Shown here: positions 1 through 12,830 of the stretch, piece by piece
Layout of the letters: each line of letters starts with the position of its first letter
Numbering within the stretch: the stretch's first letter is position 1
Source: Octopus sinensis
Taxonomy: Eukaryota
Direction of reading: 5' to 3'
Assembly: GCF_006345805.1 (NCBI RefSeq)
Contig: NC_043005.1
Span: 69,998,001 to 70,062,000, forward strand
Length of the DNA stretch: 64,000 nucleotides
Translations under genes and position numbers: made by a program
Notes under the pieces: generated by a model
What the model was told of the DNA's origin: nothing
Database searches by the model: none
The model's input: only the letters and a program-made list of their open reading frames with translations

Positions 1-810
1 GCTATCATTATTACATTACCCTCTCACATCCCATAGATTCTTGCCATTTCCAATTTGGAGTATTTAGTGATTTGGTATGGCTACATCGATGGTCTGACAG
101 TATTTGTTTCTCTTATTCAATATCACAATATCCGGCCGACGTTGTTCGATTACGCGATCCGTCTGAAAATAATATTTGCCCTGAAGGGGCTTTTCTTGCC
201 AACGGTTTATCATGATCCGTTGGTCTTCTAGTTTTAGTTTGGATTTCCGTTGTTTTACAGCTTTTGTTGTTGCTTCTTCTTCTTCATAATTGTTGGTTAC
301 TATGACTTCTTTTTTTATATTTGTCAGCTTCCTTAAATACTGAAAACAGATTTTTGTTTTGTGGCTATTTGTATTAGTTTTTCTTGCTTCTGAAGTAGGT
401 ATTCCTGAATTTCTATGCAGGTTATTTTGTAATAGCTTTCTTGCTGTATAAGGTCACTACCACCGTCAATATGTTGTCTGTATTATATATAGACTTTCTA
501 TGTCAGAATTGTTTGGGGGCATGCTAATTCTTATCATTAATTTTGCACTCCTGTCCATTTTGATTAGTTCATTTAGAGTCCAGTTAAGAATTTTGTAGCT
601 GTAGCTTAAAACTCGGACAGTTAAGGTTTTGAAACCTATTATCTTGATTTTTGCACTGAGCTCTGTTTTCCGCATTAATCCTATTCTTTTATTGTAATCC
701 CTTTTCATCCCCCCTTTCATTTGTGTGTTTAATCGTATCTTGTTCATTGATTCCTAAATATTTGTATCTCTGGCTTTGGTCTCATTCTGTTATTTCATTT
801 GCTTTATCCT
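1..810 (-). pseudogene. 5'-truncated, internally deleted R4/Dong LINE fragment (post-RT region joined directly to the RLE motif)
   Basis: 180-810 is a diverged copy of 1705-2345. The minus strand reads WQEKPLQGKYYF/QTDRVIEQRRPDIVILNKRNKYCQTIDVAIP, i.e. RLE PD..D motifs with the CCHC region missing. Confidence 0.8.
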
Positions 811-819
811 ATTACTTTT

Positions 820-864
820 ATCATCATCATCATCATCATTATTATTATTATTATTATTATTATT
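820..864 (+). repeat. (TCA)n(TTA)n microsatellite at the 3' end of the Dong element
   Basis: Direct reading; abuts the element 3' end CAGTAG at 865. Confidence 0.95.
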
Positions 865-3800
865 CAGTAGTTTTATTTTTATAGCGTGCTTTCACTTCAC
901 TACCGAGCGCAGCTCTGTGTGCCTTGGGTATGTGCTGTGATTTGTTGTGATGCTCTGATGGTTATTGTATGGAAAGTGTTCTGCGTAGGATGTGCAGTGC
1001 CTAGTAGTGCAATTTTCTGTATGTTATATGTGTTTGTAAGTCCTGGTGTTTTTGTTATGTATTTGTCTGAATATTTATTTATCATGCCTAATGCACCTAC
1101 TATGATAGGAATTGTTTCTGTTTTCAGGTTCCACATTCTAGTTAACTCTATTTCCAGGTCTTTGTATTTTGAGAGTTTCTCCATTTCTTTTAGAGACACG
1201 TTGTCATCTGCCGGTATTGATACATCAATTAGAAAGCATTTTTTTTCTTCATGATCTCTGACAACTATATCTGGTCTGTTGGCCTTAATTTCTCTGTCTG
1301 TGTGTATCGGCATATCCCAGAGTATGGTTGCTTTCTCGTTTTCTGTGACCTTTTCTGGTGTGTGCTTATACCATCTTTTTTCTGTTGTTATTCTATAATG
1401 TTGGCATAGCTTCCAATGTATGTAGGTTCCAACTCTATCATGTCTGTGAATATATTCCTTCTTAGCCAGGACTGGGCAGCTAGAGATAATATGATTTATT
1501 GTTTCTTGTCCATCTCCACATATTCTGCAGTTAATTGTAATATTTCGTTTCATTACATGTTTTTGGTAATTTCTGGTGGGGAGGCTTTGGTCTTGTGGTG
1601 CAATTAAAAATCCCTCTGTTTCTGCTTTGAGTCGTGAGCTTCTCAACCATTGCTGGGATTTTTCTTTGTCTATTTCTTTTGCGTTTAGTTTAGTGCAGTA
1701 TTTACCATGAAGGGGCTTTTCTTGCCATCGTTTTATCATGGATCGTTGCTGTTCTATTTTTAGTTTGGATTTCATTTGTTTTATAGCTTTTGTTGTTTCT
1801 TCATCATCTTCTTCTTCTTCTTTGTGTTTATTAGGTGGTATGATTTCTTGTTTGTATTTGTCAGCTTCCTTAAATACTGAGAACAGTTTTTTGTTTTGCT
1901 CGTGTTTTGCTGCTATCTGGATCAGTTTTCCTTCCTTCTGAAGTAGGTATTTTTGCAGTCATATGGTGGTTATTTTATAGTAGTTTTCCAGCTGTATAAG
2001 GCCTCTACCACCTTCTATACGTTGTATATATATAGTCTTTCTATGTCAGATTTTGGGTGATGCATCCTAGATCCTGTCAGTATTTTTCTTGTTTTCCTAT
2101 CTATTTTGGACAGTTCATTTCGTGTCCAGTTAAGGATATTGTAGCTGTAACTTATAACTGGGACAGCTAAAGTGTTGATACCTATTATCTTGTTTTTAGC
2201 ATTGAGCTCTGTTTTTAGTATTGATCTAACTCGTATATAATATTCTTTTTTTATTTTCTCTTTCATTTGTGTGTGTTGTGTCTTATCTAGTTCATGGATT
2301 CCTAAGTATTTGTAAGTTTGGCTAATTCTTTTATTTCATTGGTTTTATCTAGTGTGATGTTGTTACTCTTAACTAGTTTTCCTCTTTTCATGGTTACTTT
2401 GGCGCATTTTTCTAATCCAAATTTCATATCTATTTCTTTGGTAAATCCATGAACTGTCTTTAATAGTGTTTCCAGCTGTTTGTCATTTGCAGCGTATAGT
2501 TTTAGGTCATCCATATATAAAAGGTGGCTGATCGTTTTGCCGTAACATTTATATCCGCATCCAGTTCTATTTAGCATATCAGATAGAGGTGACAGTGCCA
2601 AGCAGAAAAGGAGTGGAGAGAGCGTGTCTCCCTGGAATATTCCTCTTCTAATGGGGATGTCTTTGGTTTTCATGAGTCCCTCTTTTGTTTGGAGGTGTAG
2701 GACTGTTTGCCATTTATTCATAGAGTGCTCTATGGATTTTATGATTGTTGGTGCTACTTTGTTAATGGCTAGTGTTTCGAGGATCCATGTGTGGGGGATG
2801 CTATCAAACGCCTTTTTGTAGTCAATCCAGGCCATACTGAGGCCATTCTTCTTTCTGTGGCTGTCTTCAGTTACGGCTTTATTAATCATTAGTTGATCTT
2901 TACAGCCATATGAGCCTTTGCGGCATCCTTTCTGCTCTTCTGGGAACAGTTTGTTTTCGTCCAGGTGCTTGTTCAGCCTTTGCGATATCACTGCAGTAAA
3001 TGCCTTGAACATAGTAGGGAGGCAGGTTATTGGTCTGTAGTTTTCTGGTTTTGTTGTTTCATTTGATTTGGGAATTAAGATGGTTTTCCCCTTCGTGAGC
3101 CATTCAGGCATTGTCTCTGGCTCTGCTAGTATGCTGTTAAAGTTTTCAGCCAGCTTTTTGTGCATTCCTGTTAGATATTTCAACCAGAAGTTGGGGATCT
3201 TGTCATGCCCAGGTGCCTTCCAGTTGCTTAGTTTTTGCAGTGCCTGGGTGACCTCTTCAGTTGTTATGGGGGTCCAAAGTTGTTCAGATGCCGAGTTTGT
3301 TATTTTCATACTCCTTTTTTTGGCTGTTCGTTCGCCGACCATATTTCTCTCCAGAATTCTTCCAATTCTTCTGCCGTTGGTGCTGCAGTGACTTCTATTT
3401 TATTTTTTCCCAGTTCTTGGTAGAACTTTTTGGGGTCGGAGTTGAACTTTTTGTTCTGTTCAAAGAAGCGTTGGCGTTTCTCGTACCGGCGGATCCATTG
3501 AGCTTTGGCAAGGATATCTTGCTTCAGCTTTTCTTTTATCTCCGGCAAATCTTTTTCTGTGATGTTATATTTGCGGAGCATTTTTGTTCTCTTTTTGTTG
3601 CTCAGTAGCGTTGCTTGTTTGCTGATTTCATTAAGAATCGACAGGTCTTTTCTAATTTTTTTTATTTTGTTTTGGATGTTATTTATCCACAGGGTTTGTT
3701 TGGGTGGTGGTACTCCTGTTTGGGCGGGTTTGGGTGAGTATCCAGCTTCTTTTGTGGCTGCAGTGGCTGCTGCGTATATCAAATCATTTAGTTCAGTGAT

Positions 3801-4837
3801 ATCACTTTTTTTTGTTTCAGTGGCTAGTTCAGTGACGGCTAGGTTTATGTTGTTTACAATTGGTGTTGTTATTGCGTTTATTTTTATTCTTGGGAGGTAT
3901 GGTCGGTGGTCCATTTTGGGCTCTGTGGTGTTCAGTTCTTTGATTATTTTATTTTTTATATTATCATAATCATTAGGCTCCCCTTCGTTGTTTACATCGT
4001 GTTTGTTGGGAATGTTGCGTTTGTCCTCGTGTTTTACAGTTTCAGTGTTTATATTATTGGGCATTGTTGAGTGGCTTCTATCTACATTTTCCTGGTGTAT
4101 TTTTTCTTTTAAATGTTCTATTTCTATTTCTGATATTTTTTTGGCTTTGAGAATGTATCTTCGTACGTTAGCTAATTTATTAGGGTTCATTGCTGTATCC
4201 AAGTTTATATTTATGTTATTTTCCTTCCATATTTTATATGTATGTGTTGTTGTATTTTCATTTTGTGGGTAGAGCATTGCTGTAAAGTATGCGTGTAAGA
4301 TAGAAATGTATTCCTCACGTGTCCATTTACGTCTTTTGGGTTTTATTTGCGGGACATGAGGTACAACGTCCGGCCCATTATTTTGATGGTCGTCATTTTC
4401 GTAGGGTACCGGTCCGTTTATTTCTGTTGTCACATTATTTCGCACGTGTAGTTTTCGTACATTTTTTGTTGTAGGTTTAATGTACGTACCGCTCGATTGT
4501 TATTCTTGGGTTGAATAGTATCAGTGGCATTTAATTTCTTCGTAGTTCCTTTGTACATGGTGTTTGAGGTCGGGGATGATCGTGTTGTTCCACGCATGTT
4601 TACATGTGTTGTGTTAGAGGTGGAGATAATATCGAGTCAAAATACATCATTTCGTTTCGAAAATAGTAATAAATTTCAATTAGTATTACTTACTCGGGAA
4701 TAGTCCAATTCTTTGTTAGTAAATCTTTGGCTCCATAGAGTGTCCTTGTTTTCGATGTTTGTGGATAGATTTCGGAGCTCTGTACTTTCCTTCTTACATC
4801 TTAAACGTCCCCGGTGTCTCTTCCTTAAACGTCCCCG
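865..4837 (-). mobile_element. Near full-length (about 4.0 kb) R4/Dong-clade non-LTR retrotransposon with restriction-like endonuclease
   Basis: One ancestral ORF split by frameshifts/stops into 4445-3306, 3342-2302 (RT: IDYKKAFDS, GIFQGDTLSPLLF, YMDDLKLY), 2266-2015 and 1775-900 (CCHC CRIC..ETINHIISSC, RHDRV, RLE PDIVV..IDVSIP, K..KY). (TAA)n lies on both sides. Confidence 0.92.
900..4445 (-). pseudogene. Disrupted Dong-R4 polyprotein (N-terminal domain, RT, zinc knuckle, RLE)
   Basis: Motifs as above. A +2 TA slippage at about 2030 breaks ERLYIQRIEGGRGL, an in-frame TGA lies at about 1961, and frameshifts occur near 3320 and 2300. Confidence 0.88.
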
Positions 4838-4961
4838 TTTATTATTATTATTATCATTACTATTATTATTTTTATCATTATTATTATTATTATTATTATT
4901 ATCATTATTATTATCATTAGTATTATTATTGTTATTATTATTATTATTGTTATTATTAATC
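4838..4961 (+). repeat. (TTA)n microsatellite at the 5' junction of the Dong element
   Basis: Direct reading. Confidence 0.95.
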
Positions 4962-5064
4962 ATCGGATATGTTGCAGTTTCTGTCAATGGTCGTTGAATG
5001 GATTGTTAGTGCTAATATTAGTGATATCACTATAAATTCTATATATATACATATTCTATATATA

Positions 5065-5212
5065 GGCACAGGAGTGGCTGTGTGGTAAGTAGCTCGCTAA
5101 CCAACGTCATGGTTGCGTGGCACCTTGGGAAAGTGTTTTCAACTATAGCCTCGGACCGACTAATGCCTTGTGAGTGGATTTGGTAGACGGAAACTGGAAG
5201 AAGCATGTCGTA

Positions 5213-5265
<53 letters not shown>

Positions 5266-5466
5266 ATGTCTGTGTTTTTCCCCCTAGCATTGTTTGACAA
5301 CCGATGCTGGTGTGTTTGTTTATGTCTCCGTCACTTAGCGGTTCGGCAAAAGAGACCGATAGAATAAGTACTGAGCTTACAAAGAATAAGTCCTGGGGTC
5401 AATTTGCTCGACTAAAGGTTGTGCTCCAGCATGGCCGCAGTCAAATGACTGAAACAAATAAAAGAA
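5065..5466 (+). mobile_element. tRNA-derived SINE, family B (GGAGTGGCTGTGTGGTAAG head, internal (TA)n(TG)n)
   Basis: tRNA-like A-box head; homologous copies at 55138, 57017, 44575 and 14808. Confidence 0.85.
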
Positions 5467-7207
5467 AGATTATGTCTCACGTGAAGTGGATATTGCCTTA
5501 GGACACAGAACAGTGCGTTATTTTCTACTAGAAAATAGTAGAAAATATATCTTTCTGCACTGTTTCTTTTTTGATATCCCCTTTACGTATTTTTTGTCTC
5601 CCACCCTTCTTACTAATGAATCACTACGGTTAAAATTGTCGTGAAGAACCACATTTTCACTAGAGAATAGAAAAGTAGAACCAGTGTGAATATTTCCTGT
5701 TCAGTTGTGAGATACTCACCATTTAATGAGATTTAATATGTGTGAAGACACTTCGCTAGACTTTTAAGGTTTTTCAAAATTTTACATCACTCCTACTCTC
5801 GACTGGATTAATTTCTTCATATTCCCAATAAATGCTTCAGCTTCCATCTTAGGCGTCTTTTAAGACGAAAGAAAATTGACTTGTTTTGTTTGGTTTGTAT
5901 TCCATTATCCATTACTGTTACATTTTTTCAGATTTTACTACTAGACATTTATACAATTTCAGATTATATATTTTGTGATACTTTTAAGTTTAAAAAGATT
6001 CAAGCCACTCTATATTCCTCATAAATATGAATATCGCAAAATTTCGTATACTTAATTCTAAATACCTTTTTATTTCTTGCTACTTCACTTAATAATCCGC
6101 TTTATAGACGATCAGATAGAGTATTCAAACTTATATTATTTCTGTTGTAAAAATTAATCGGACGTGTAATATTTTCCTTGGTAGCTATTGTACTTTTTTC
6201 TTTCATTACCTCTTAAGATTTTTGTGTTTAGATCCGTGCTAGGAGTAATTACGCTCTCGCTGTCACATGATATTTCATTCCTTATTCAACACTCCTCTCT
6301 TCAAACTAATCAGCACCCCTTTCTTTTTGAATTCATAAACGGTGTATGATAGTGCTTCTATTTGCATACAATTTGAGACAATTCATGTGAATAAAACGTA
6401 TTTTATGATACTTTTACAAAATGTTTATCTCAATCTAGTATTTTTTAACATGCTTGATAATATTGATGGTACCAGATCAAAAGAAAGTTTTTTTTGACTT
6501 ACATTTCCTAATACGGACAGGTGTGTATATATTAGTTTCTGGAGTCACTTGTATTCTCGTGTCCCATTTCATGACTTTTGATCCATTTTCCTTGTGCTTG
6601 TTCTTCTGTACACATGACTGATACTAATTCAATTATGGCGTTCACAAAGTCCTACAAATTCTATAATCATTCATTAAAAGCAGAAGCCAGAAGTTCGGAG
6701 TTTTAAGATACTGAATCTTCTAATATTACAACATCGACGACGACAACAACAACAGTAACAACAACAAGTGCGATATTTACTGCTACTGTCAGTATTACCG
6801 CTGCTACTACGAAATAGTTTGTAGCAATAGTAATAGAATTTATTGGATAGACTTATAATGCTTGATGTGACAACAACAACGTAGGAAAACTAGGATGTCA
6901 TTAAATGTGATGGCGGATGTAAGGAGAGGCAGAGGTGTGGTGATGAATGATAACAAACAGATGAGAAAAGTAAACAAAGAAAATATAAAATAATATATAA
7001 TATAAACATAAACAACAGAAAATAAACCATGACTGTTTGGAAATTAGCTACAGGCTGTGGGATAATTAAACACTGTCATGTTAGGGTTTTCATCATCGCC
7101 GTTGATAAGATATCGGTGGTGCTGAGGTAACGGTGGTGGTACTGCAGGTTTGTATTGTTGTTGTTGCTATAACTGCGTTGATGTTATTTCCTGTTTGGTG
7201 TATATCA

Positions 7208-7228
7208 TTTCTTCTTCTTCTTCTTCTT

Positions 7229-7261
<33 letters not shown>

Positions 7262-7739
7262 CTTCTTCTTCTTCTTCTTCTTTTACTCCTTCTTTTCTTC
7301 TTCTTCTTCTTCTTCTTCTTCTTCTTCTTCTTCTTCTTCTTCTTCTTCTTCTTCTTCTTCTACTTCTGCTTCTTTTTTGTAATTGATGTTGTCGTCGTTG
7401 GTGCTAGTGTGTTGTTGGTGAATTCGCTAAATCCTCGAACAAACTGCTTAGTGTTATTTCTACCAGCTTTTGGTTGCGACTTCAAATGCTGCAAAATTTC
7501 AACTCTGCCTTTCATTCTTTATGGGTCGAGGAAATAAGTACCAGTTCAGTATTGCGGTCGAAGTACGCGCGAAAATTTCATGTGGTCATTGTCATCTTCT
7601 TCTTCTTCTTCTTCTTCTTCTTCTTCTTCTTCTTCTTCTTCTTCTTCTTCTTCTTCTTCTTCTTCTTCTTCTTCTACTTCTTCTTCTTCTTCTTTTCTTC
7701 TTCGTCGTCGTCGTCGTCTTCTTCTACTTCTTTTTCTTC

Positions 7740-7771
<32 letters not shown>

Positions 7772-7813
7772 CCTCCTCCTCCTCCTCCTCTCCTCATTAT
7801 TATTATTATTATT

Positions 7814-7849
<36 letters not shown>

Positions 7850-7874
7850 ATTATTATTATTATTGTTGTTGTTG

Positions 7875-7911
<37 letters not shown>

Positions 7912-7932
7912 ATTATTATTATTATTACTATT
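7208..7932 (+). repeat. Two (TTC)n arrays; the second grades through TCG, TCC, TTA and TTG; a decayed family A SINE lies between them (about 7420-7570)
   Basis: Direct reading; source of the poly-L/S/F/E ORFs. Confidence 0.9.
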
Positions 7933-8599
7933 AGCCAAGACAGTCCGTTAGATACATTTGTCACCAGAGAGAAAAAGTTTCATCATAATTATTTCTCTGC
8001 ATCTTTTAATGGTCTATTATGCTTTTAATTCATGTTCGTTCTTAGCTGACGCATTTGGTCTTGGTTTTCTAAAGTTTTTGTCAGTAAAAGCAAATTTATT
8101 CTCGTAACACATGTCTTAAGATTCTCCATTCATCTTTAATTTTTATATCATAGAAATAGTATCCAACATTCTAAGCGCACAAATATTTTATATTCCCCAA
8201 AATAGCCATTAAACTTTGCTGATGGAATTATGAAATTTTTCATATCTGTCTGGCTCTTTATGTGTAAAGACTATGATAATTGAAAAGTTGATATTTAGAA
8301 TTTTCAAATAGCATATATAATCAAACAGTTAAAGCAAGTAAAGATAAACAGTTGGTTATAGGAATCTGTATCTAGACGAAGGTACAGCAATACAACTAAT
8401 TTCTATGCCGGTTCTTATCTGTAAGGAGCTCCAGGGAGTTATATCAAGCGAGAGTGAGAAACTTTTGCATGTACATATTTCCCTTTAACAAATCATGCTA
8501 ATTTATTTCTAGCTCTCACAATAGCCATGAATGTGAAATCATTTCCATGTCAAAAATATATTATGTCAAACACACAGATGCAAATCACATTGTTATATA

Positions 8600-8630
8600 T
8601 ACACAGTTACACACACACATATATACATAC

Positions 8631-8693
<63 letters not shown>

Positions 8694-8708
8694 CATTCAT
8701 ATATATAT

Positions 8709-8741
<33 letters not shown>

Positions 8742-8747
8742 CATACA

Positions 8748-8794
<47 letters not shown>

Positions 8795-8815
8795 ACATAT
8801 ATATATGTTTGTATA
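8600..8815. repeat. (CA)/(TA)n microsatellite
   Basis: Direct reading. Confidence 0.95.
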
Positions 8816-8994
8816 TATATTCAATAATGCATTGGATGAGAATATTTATATTACACGAATGCACATATGCATGCACATTTATCTTAAGCACGTTCACACA
8901 TTTAAATGCTCAGAGTATGTATAACCACAAGCAAAACAGTTTAATATTGTATTGAAATCAAAGAAACTAAGTAAAAGCATTTACATATTTAGAA

Positions 8995-9330
8995 ACCGCT
9001 GTCATGCTGGCAGCATTAAAATTGATAAAGATTTATGAAACAGAATAAATGCTGCAGCGTCCGTGTTTGGTAAATCCCAGGTGTGTGGGCATTGTATGGA
9101 ATGCAAAGAGAAAATTTAGAGAAGTCCGTCTTGAGCCAGTGATTGCAGAAACTATGTCCGACGAAGACACTTGCGAAACATATTTCACTCTACACACGTT
9201 TTTAATATTCATATCCTCCTCTAATTAAAAAGGAGAGATTGGACTCATTCTAACATGTGATAGGGGAATAACTACACTGGAACTCACAATGAACAAGAAA
9301 TATAGGTTGTTGCAGCACATGCGTTAGTGA
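8995..9330 (+). pseudogene. Old RTE-clade LINE fragment (RT C-terminal region)
   Basis: Degenerate translation SIKIDKDL*NRINAAASVFGK resembles the RTE consensus IDKE..RI..A...FG.L..VW. Confidence 0.5.
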
Positions 9331-9899
9331 TTGTATCAAATGATATATTGAAATCATTGAAATAAATATCAAATTTCTAAGAACCAATTGATTCCAATGA
9401 TAATGTCCGTATCACAAGATTATAAGAATTTTCGAAGAAAGAAAAGAATAATATGTTTCTGCTAAAACATGCCACAGGAAAACCACAGCTGTGTGCATGT
9501 TCATACAAGTGTCACTTACTACTAAGCACGTTGCTTTATGCATATATCATGAAATATTTAAATAATTTTGTATTAAGAGAAGATTTGATGGTATGTGAAA
9601 CATAAAGATACAAATATGTAAACGGCCTGGAAGGTATTTAACAGAACACACTCGCATAAACACAAATGCAAGTGTGGATATACAGCTATGTGTTTTCGAT
9701 TGAAAAATGTTTCTTAATATATTATAAAAAGTAAGGGTAAAATTCGAAGGTTGCAGGAGGATGGTTTACCCAGTTTTGCCCATGATCGTATTTGAATATA
9801 TGTAAAACATATTTTACCAAGATATATTTGAATGTTGTAAGAGTGAGATGTCAAAACCTTCCTTAAAAGACGTCATTGGTTTGAAATTTTGTCAGAACG

Positions 9900-10035
9900 T
9901 CAGTAAATCTGGAGGAGGGGCGAAATCGATTACATCGACACCATTGCTCAACTATTACTTATTTTATAGAATCCAATAACATGAAAAGCAAATTCGACCT
10001 CGGCCGAATTTGAGTTTAGACCGTGAAGAAGGACG
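9900..10035 (-). mobile_element. SINE family A fragment
   Basis: Matches ATCGATTACATCGAC...GAAAGCAAATTCGACCTCGGC of the other family A copies. Confidence 0.7.
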
Positions 10036-11592
10036 AAATGTCGCTAAGCAAACACCTTCAAATGGCTGAGAGTAGTCATGGTGGTAATGATAGTTCTAGT
10101 TAAAATATTAACACGGAATAATGAATACCATTTAAAAGGAAATTAATGGCAAGTATTGTGTGATAGAATTATAAAGTGAAATAACATATGAAAGGCAAAT
10201 TGCGGAATAAGGTTTAGAACCTGATGCATTCATATAGGGATAGAAACCACACATTAGTAGTTTAACCAAGAAAGTGTGTATCAGTGTACTAAATTTCAAA
10301 TTAGAGTAATTAATATTTTAATGATTCTGGACCCTACTAAGTAGCAGTAATGCGGCGTACAATATTCGCAACAGAATAGAGAAGGGAATTGTATATGTTA
10401 AATTTGAGAATTATATTAATATAAATGAGTAAGGTTTTCATGAAATAACGAAATATAGACATAGAAATATAATTTGCATTCGCTTTGGAACGGGAATAAT
10501 AATATGGATTGTAAACATGGGACGAAACTGTATGTTGCGGAGATGAACCAAACTAAATGATTTTAAATTTGTTGTTGATATGACATATTATTAAATATAG
10601 GGAGAACACATCCACAGGATATGATTAAGCGTAGAGAGAAATGAGGTATCAGATCGACAAATAGCTGCGATACGTTGAGAAATTTATGGATCCTTGTTTG
10701 GAGATTTTAGTCAATAATGTACGATATGAAACATAATATATTTGCATGGGTATTTATAATTGATTTTGTGGTTATAATATACGTTTTATAGCTCCCGCGC
10801 TGTTTGTTCTGAAGAAGTTGTTTTAAATTTAACAAAGCAGTTTTCACCTAAACATTTTCTGTCGTGTACTTATTTTTCGGTTTGTCAATTTAACGAGTCT
10901 TCTTGATCATTAATTGTGTTGTTTCCTTTTGTAATGCTAACAAATAAGCACAGGCTCACACATACATAATATTTCACCACAATTATATTCCCTTCAGTTA
11001 CTTCGCTCAATGAATAATGAGAATCCATTTGAATTCAATGTTGACAGAGTTGCTTATAAAATTAAACATGATATAACAAAACGCAGCTCTAATGGCGATG
11101 TTTGAAGAATAGGTGCAAAAATATTATACGTATTCACACATATATATATTCCGACTTGTGTGTGTGTATATGGAATTCTATCTATTTAGCTGTATATCTA
11201 TCTAGCTTGCTAGCTATGTATATATGCATGTCTGTTCATGTGTGTGCATGTGTGTGCGTTTGTGTGTGTGTAGACGAGGGTACGTAACAGTGATTACAAA
11301 CAACGCAATATGCTTTCAGAGAGAAAAATATAACAAAAGACACTACATACATATTTCAAGCCACATTGGATTCTTCTTAATTATGCACGAATACATTAAT
11401 TCTAAATCCACTGATGTTAGTGCAAAAATTAAATTGGATGCTCCAAATAACAGTACTGAACGATTTCGTAAAAGCTTGTTTGAATATAAAAAAAAGGTGT
11501 GTGATAAATGTGTATCACATCGGGGCTACAACACACACATGTACACACACACACACTCACGCATACTCTTTGTCTCTCTCTCTCTCACACGC

Positions 11593-11657
<65 letters not shown>

Positions 11658-11659
<2 letters not shown>

Positions 11660-12830
11660 ATGGGCGTTCAATAAGTAATGCCCCTGACCCACTTCTCATA
11701 GCAGTAGAGCAACGACACTTGGCACAGTTATTAGTCTTTTCCTACATAGGAACTACCCAGAGTTATGCATTTCTCCCATCGTTTGATCAAGGCTGCATCA
11801 TCTGGGAAACGCTTTCCTTTCAAAATCAACTTCATGGCTGCGAAGAGGTGAAAATCAGAGGGTGCAAGGGGAGGAGTTCATAGCTGCACGCCTGTGCTTC
11901 TGATCTGGCGACACGCGAGTTGTGGACCGGAGCGTTGTCCTGCAGGAGGAGGATGCCTTTGCTGATCTTGCCCTACCTCTTGATTTTGATAGCTTCTCTT
12001 AATCTCCTCAAAAGTGAAGCATAATAGGTTCATGTAATTGTGGTACCCTTTGCCAGGAAATCTGTCAGCACTACTCCGTCCTGGTCCCAGAAGACTGTGA
12101 ACATAACCTTGCCAGCGGAGGGCTGCACACTTGCCTTCTTTGTAGGAGGTGAGTCACGGTGCTTTCACTGCATTGACTGGGCTTTGGTCTATGGATCATA
12201 GTGATGGACCCAGGTTTTATCCTGTGTGATCAGTCTTTTGAAAAATTTTGACTCATCTTCTTGGCACATCTCCAAATTCATCCTCGAGCACTCGACGTGT
12301 TCTTGCTTCTGGAAAGGTGTGAGCAACCTGGAAATCCATCTGGCAGACACCTTTTGCATATGCAAATGGTCATGAATGATAGTTTCTACAGACCCGGTAC
12401 TAATCTTGACCTCATGGGCTATTTGGCGAATAGTTATGCGTTGACCTTCCAAAATGGCAGCCTCAACTTGACGGACCAACGTCTCATCAACGGCAGAAGG
12501 GGGCGACCAGATCTGGGAGCTGTTTCCACAGAGTTCCGACTATGTTTGAATTCACAATGCCAGCGTTTTACCAGGTCATATGATGGGGCATCATCAGCAT
12601 AAGTTTCTTTCATTTCATCAAAAGTCTCCCGTGTTGTGCGTCCTTTCAAATACAAAAACCAGATCACTGCTCGACACTCAACAGGCTCCATTTCACACTT
12701 GACTCAGTTCAAACACCTGTAAATCAGAAACCAGAATTAAATCAGAGCTGTAATTTGCCACTTACTCTATTTCAGCTAGATCAAACAACTGCAAGTGGGT
12801 CAGGGGCATTACTTATTGAACGCCCCCTCG
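11658..12830 (-). mobile_element. Mariner (Tc1/mariner, DD34D) transposon, TIR-complete and internally deleted
   Basis: About 37-bp TIRs (CGA(G/T)GGG(G)CGTTCAATAAGTAATGCCCCTGACCCACTT) at both ends; TA follows the right end at 12831-12832; left end abuts a (TA)n array. Confidence 0.92.
11731..12691 (-). pseudogene. Mariner transposase pseudogene
   Basis: HTH region ..PRSGRP, ITQDKTWVHHYDP, LQDNAP, LAPSDFHLF, RWEKC; frameshift near 12460 and small deletions. Confidence 0.88.

Noticed and set aside
886-4272. Plus-strand ORFs overlapping the Dong element
   Set aside because: Antisense shadows of the minus-strand LINE ORF.
4680-4837. HDV-like ribozyme at the Dong 5' end (known for some R2/R4-group elements)
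   Set aside because: I could not assemble the nested double pseudoknot by eye; an RNArobo or Infernal search would be decisive.
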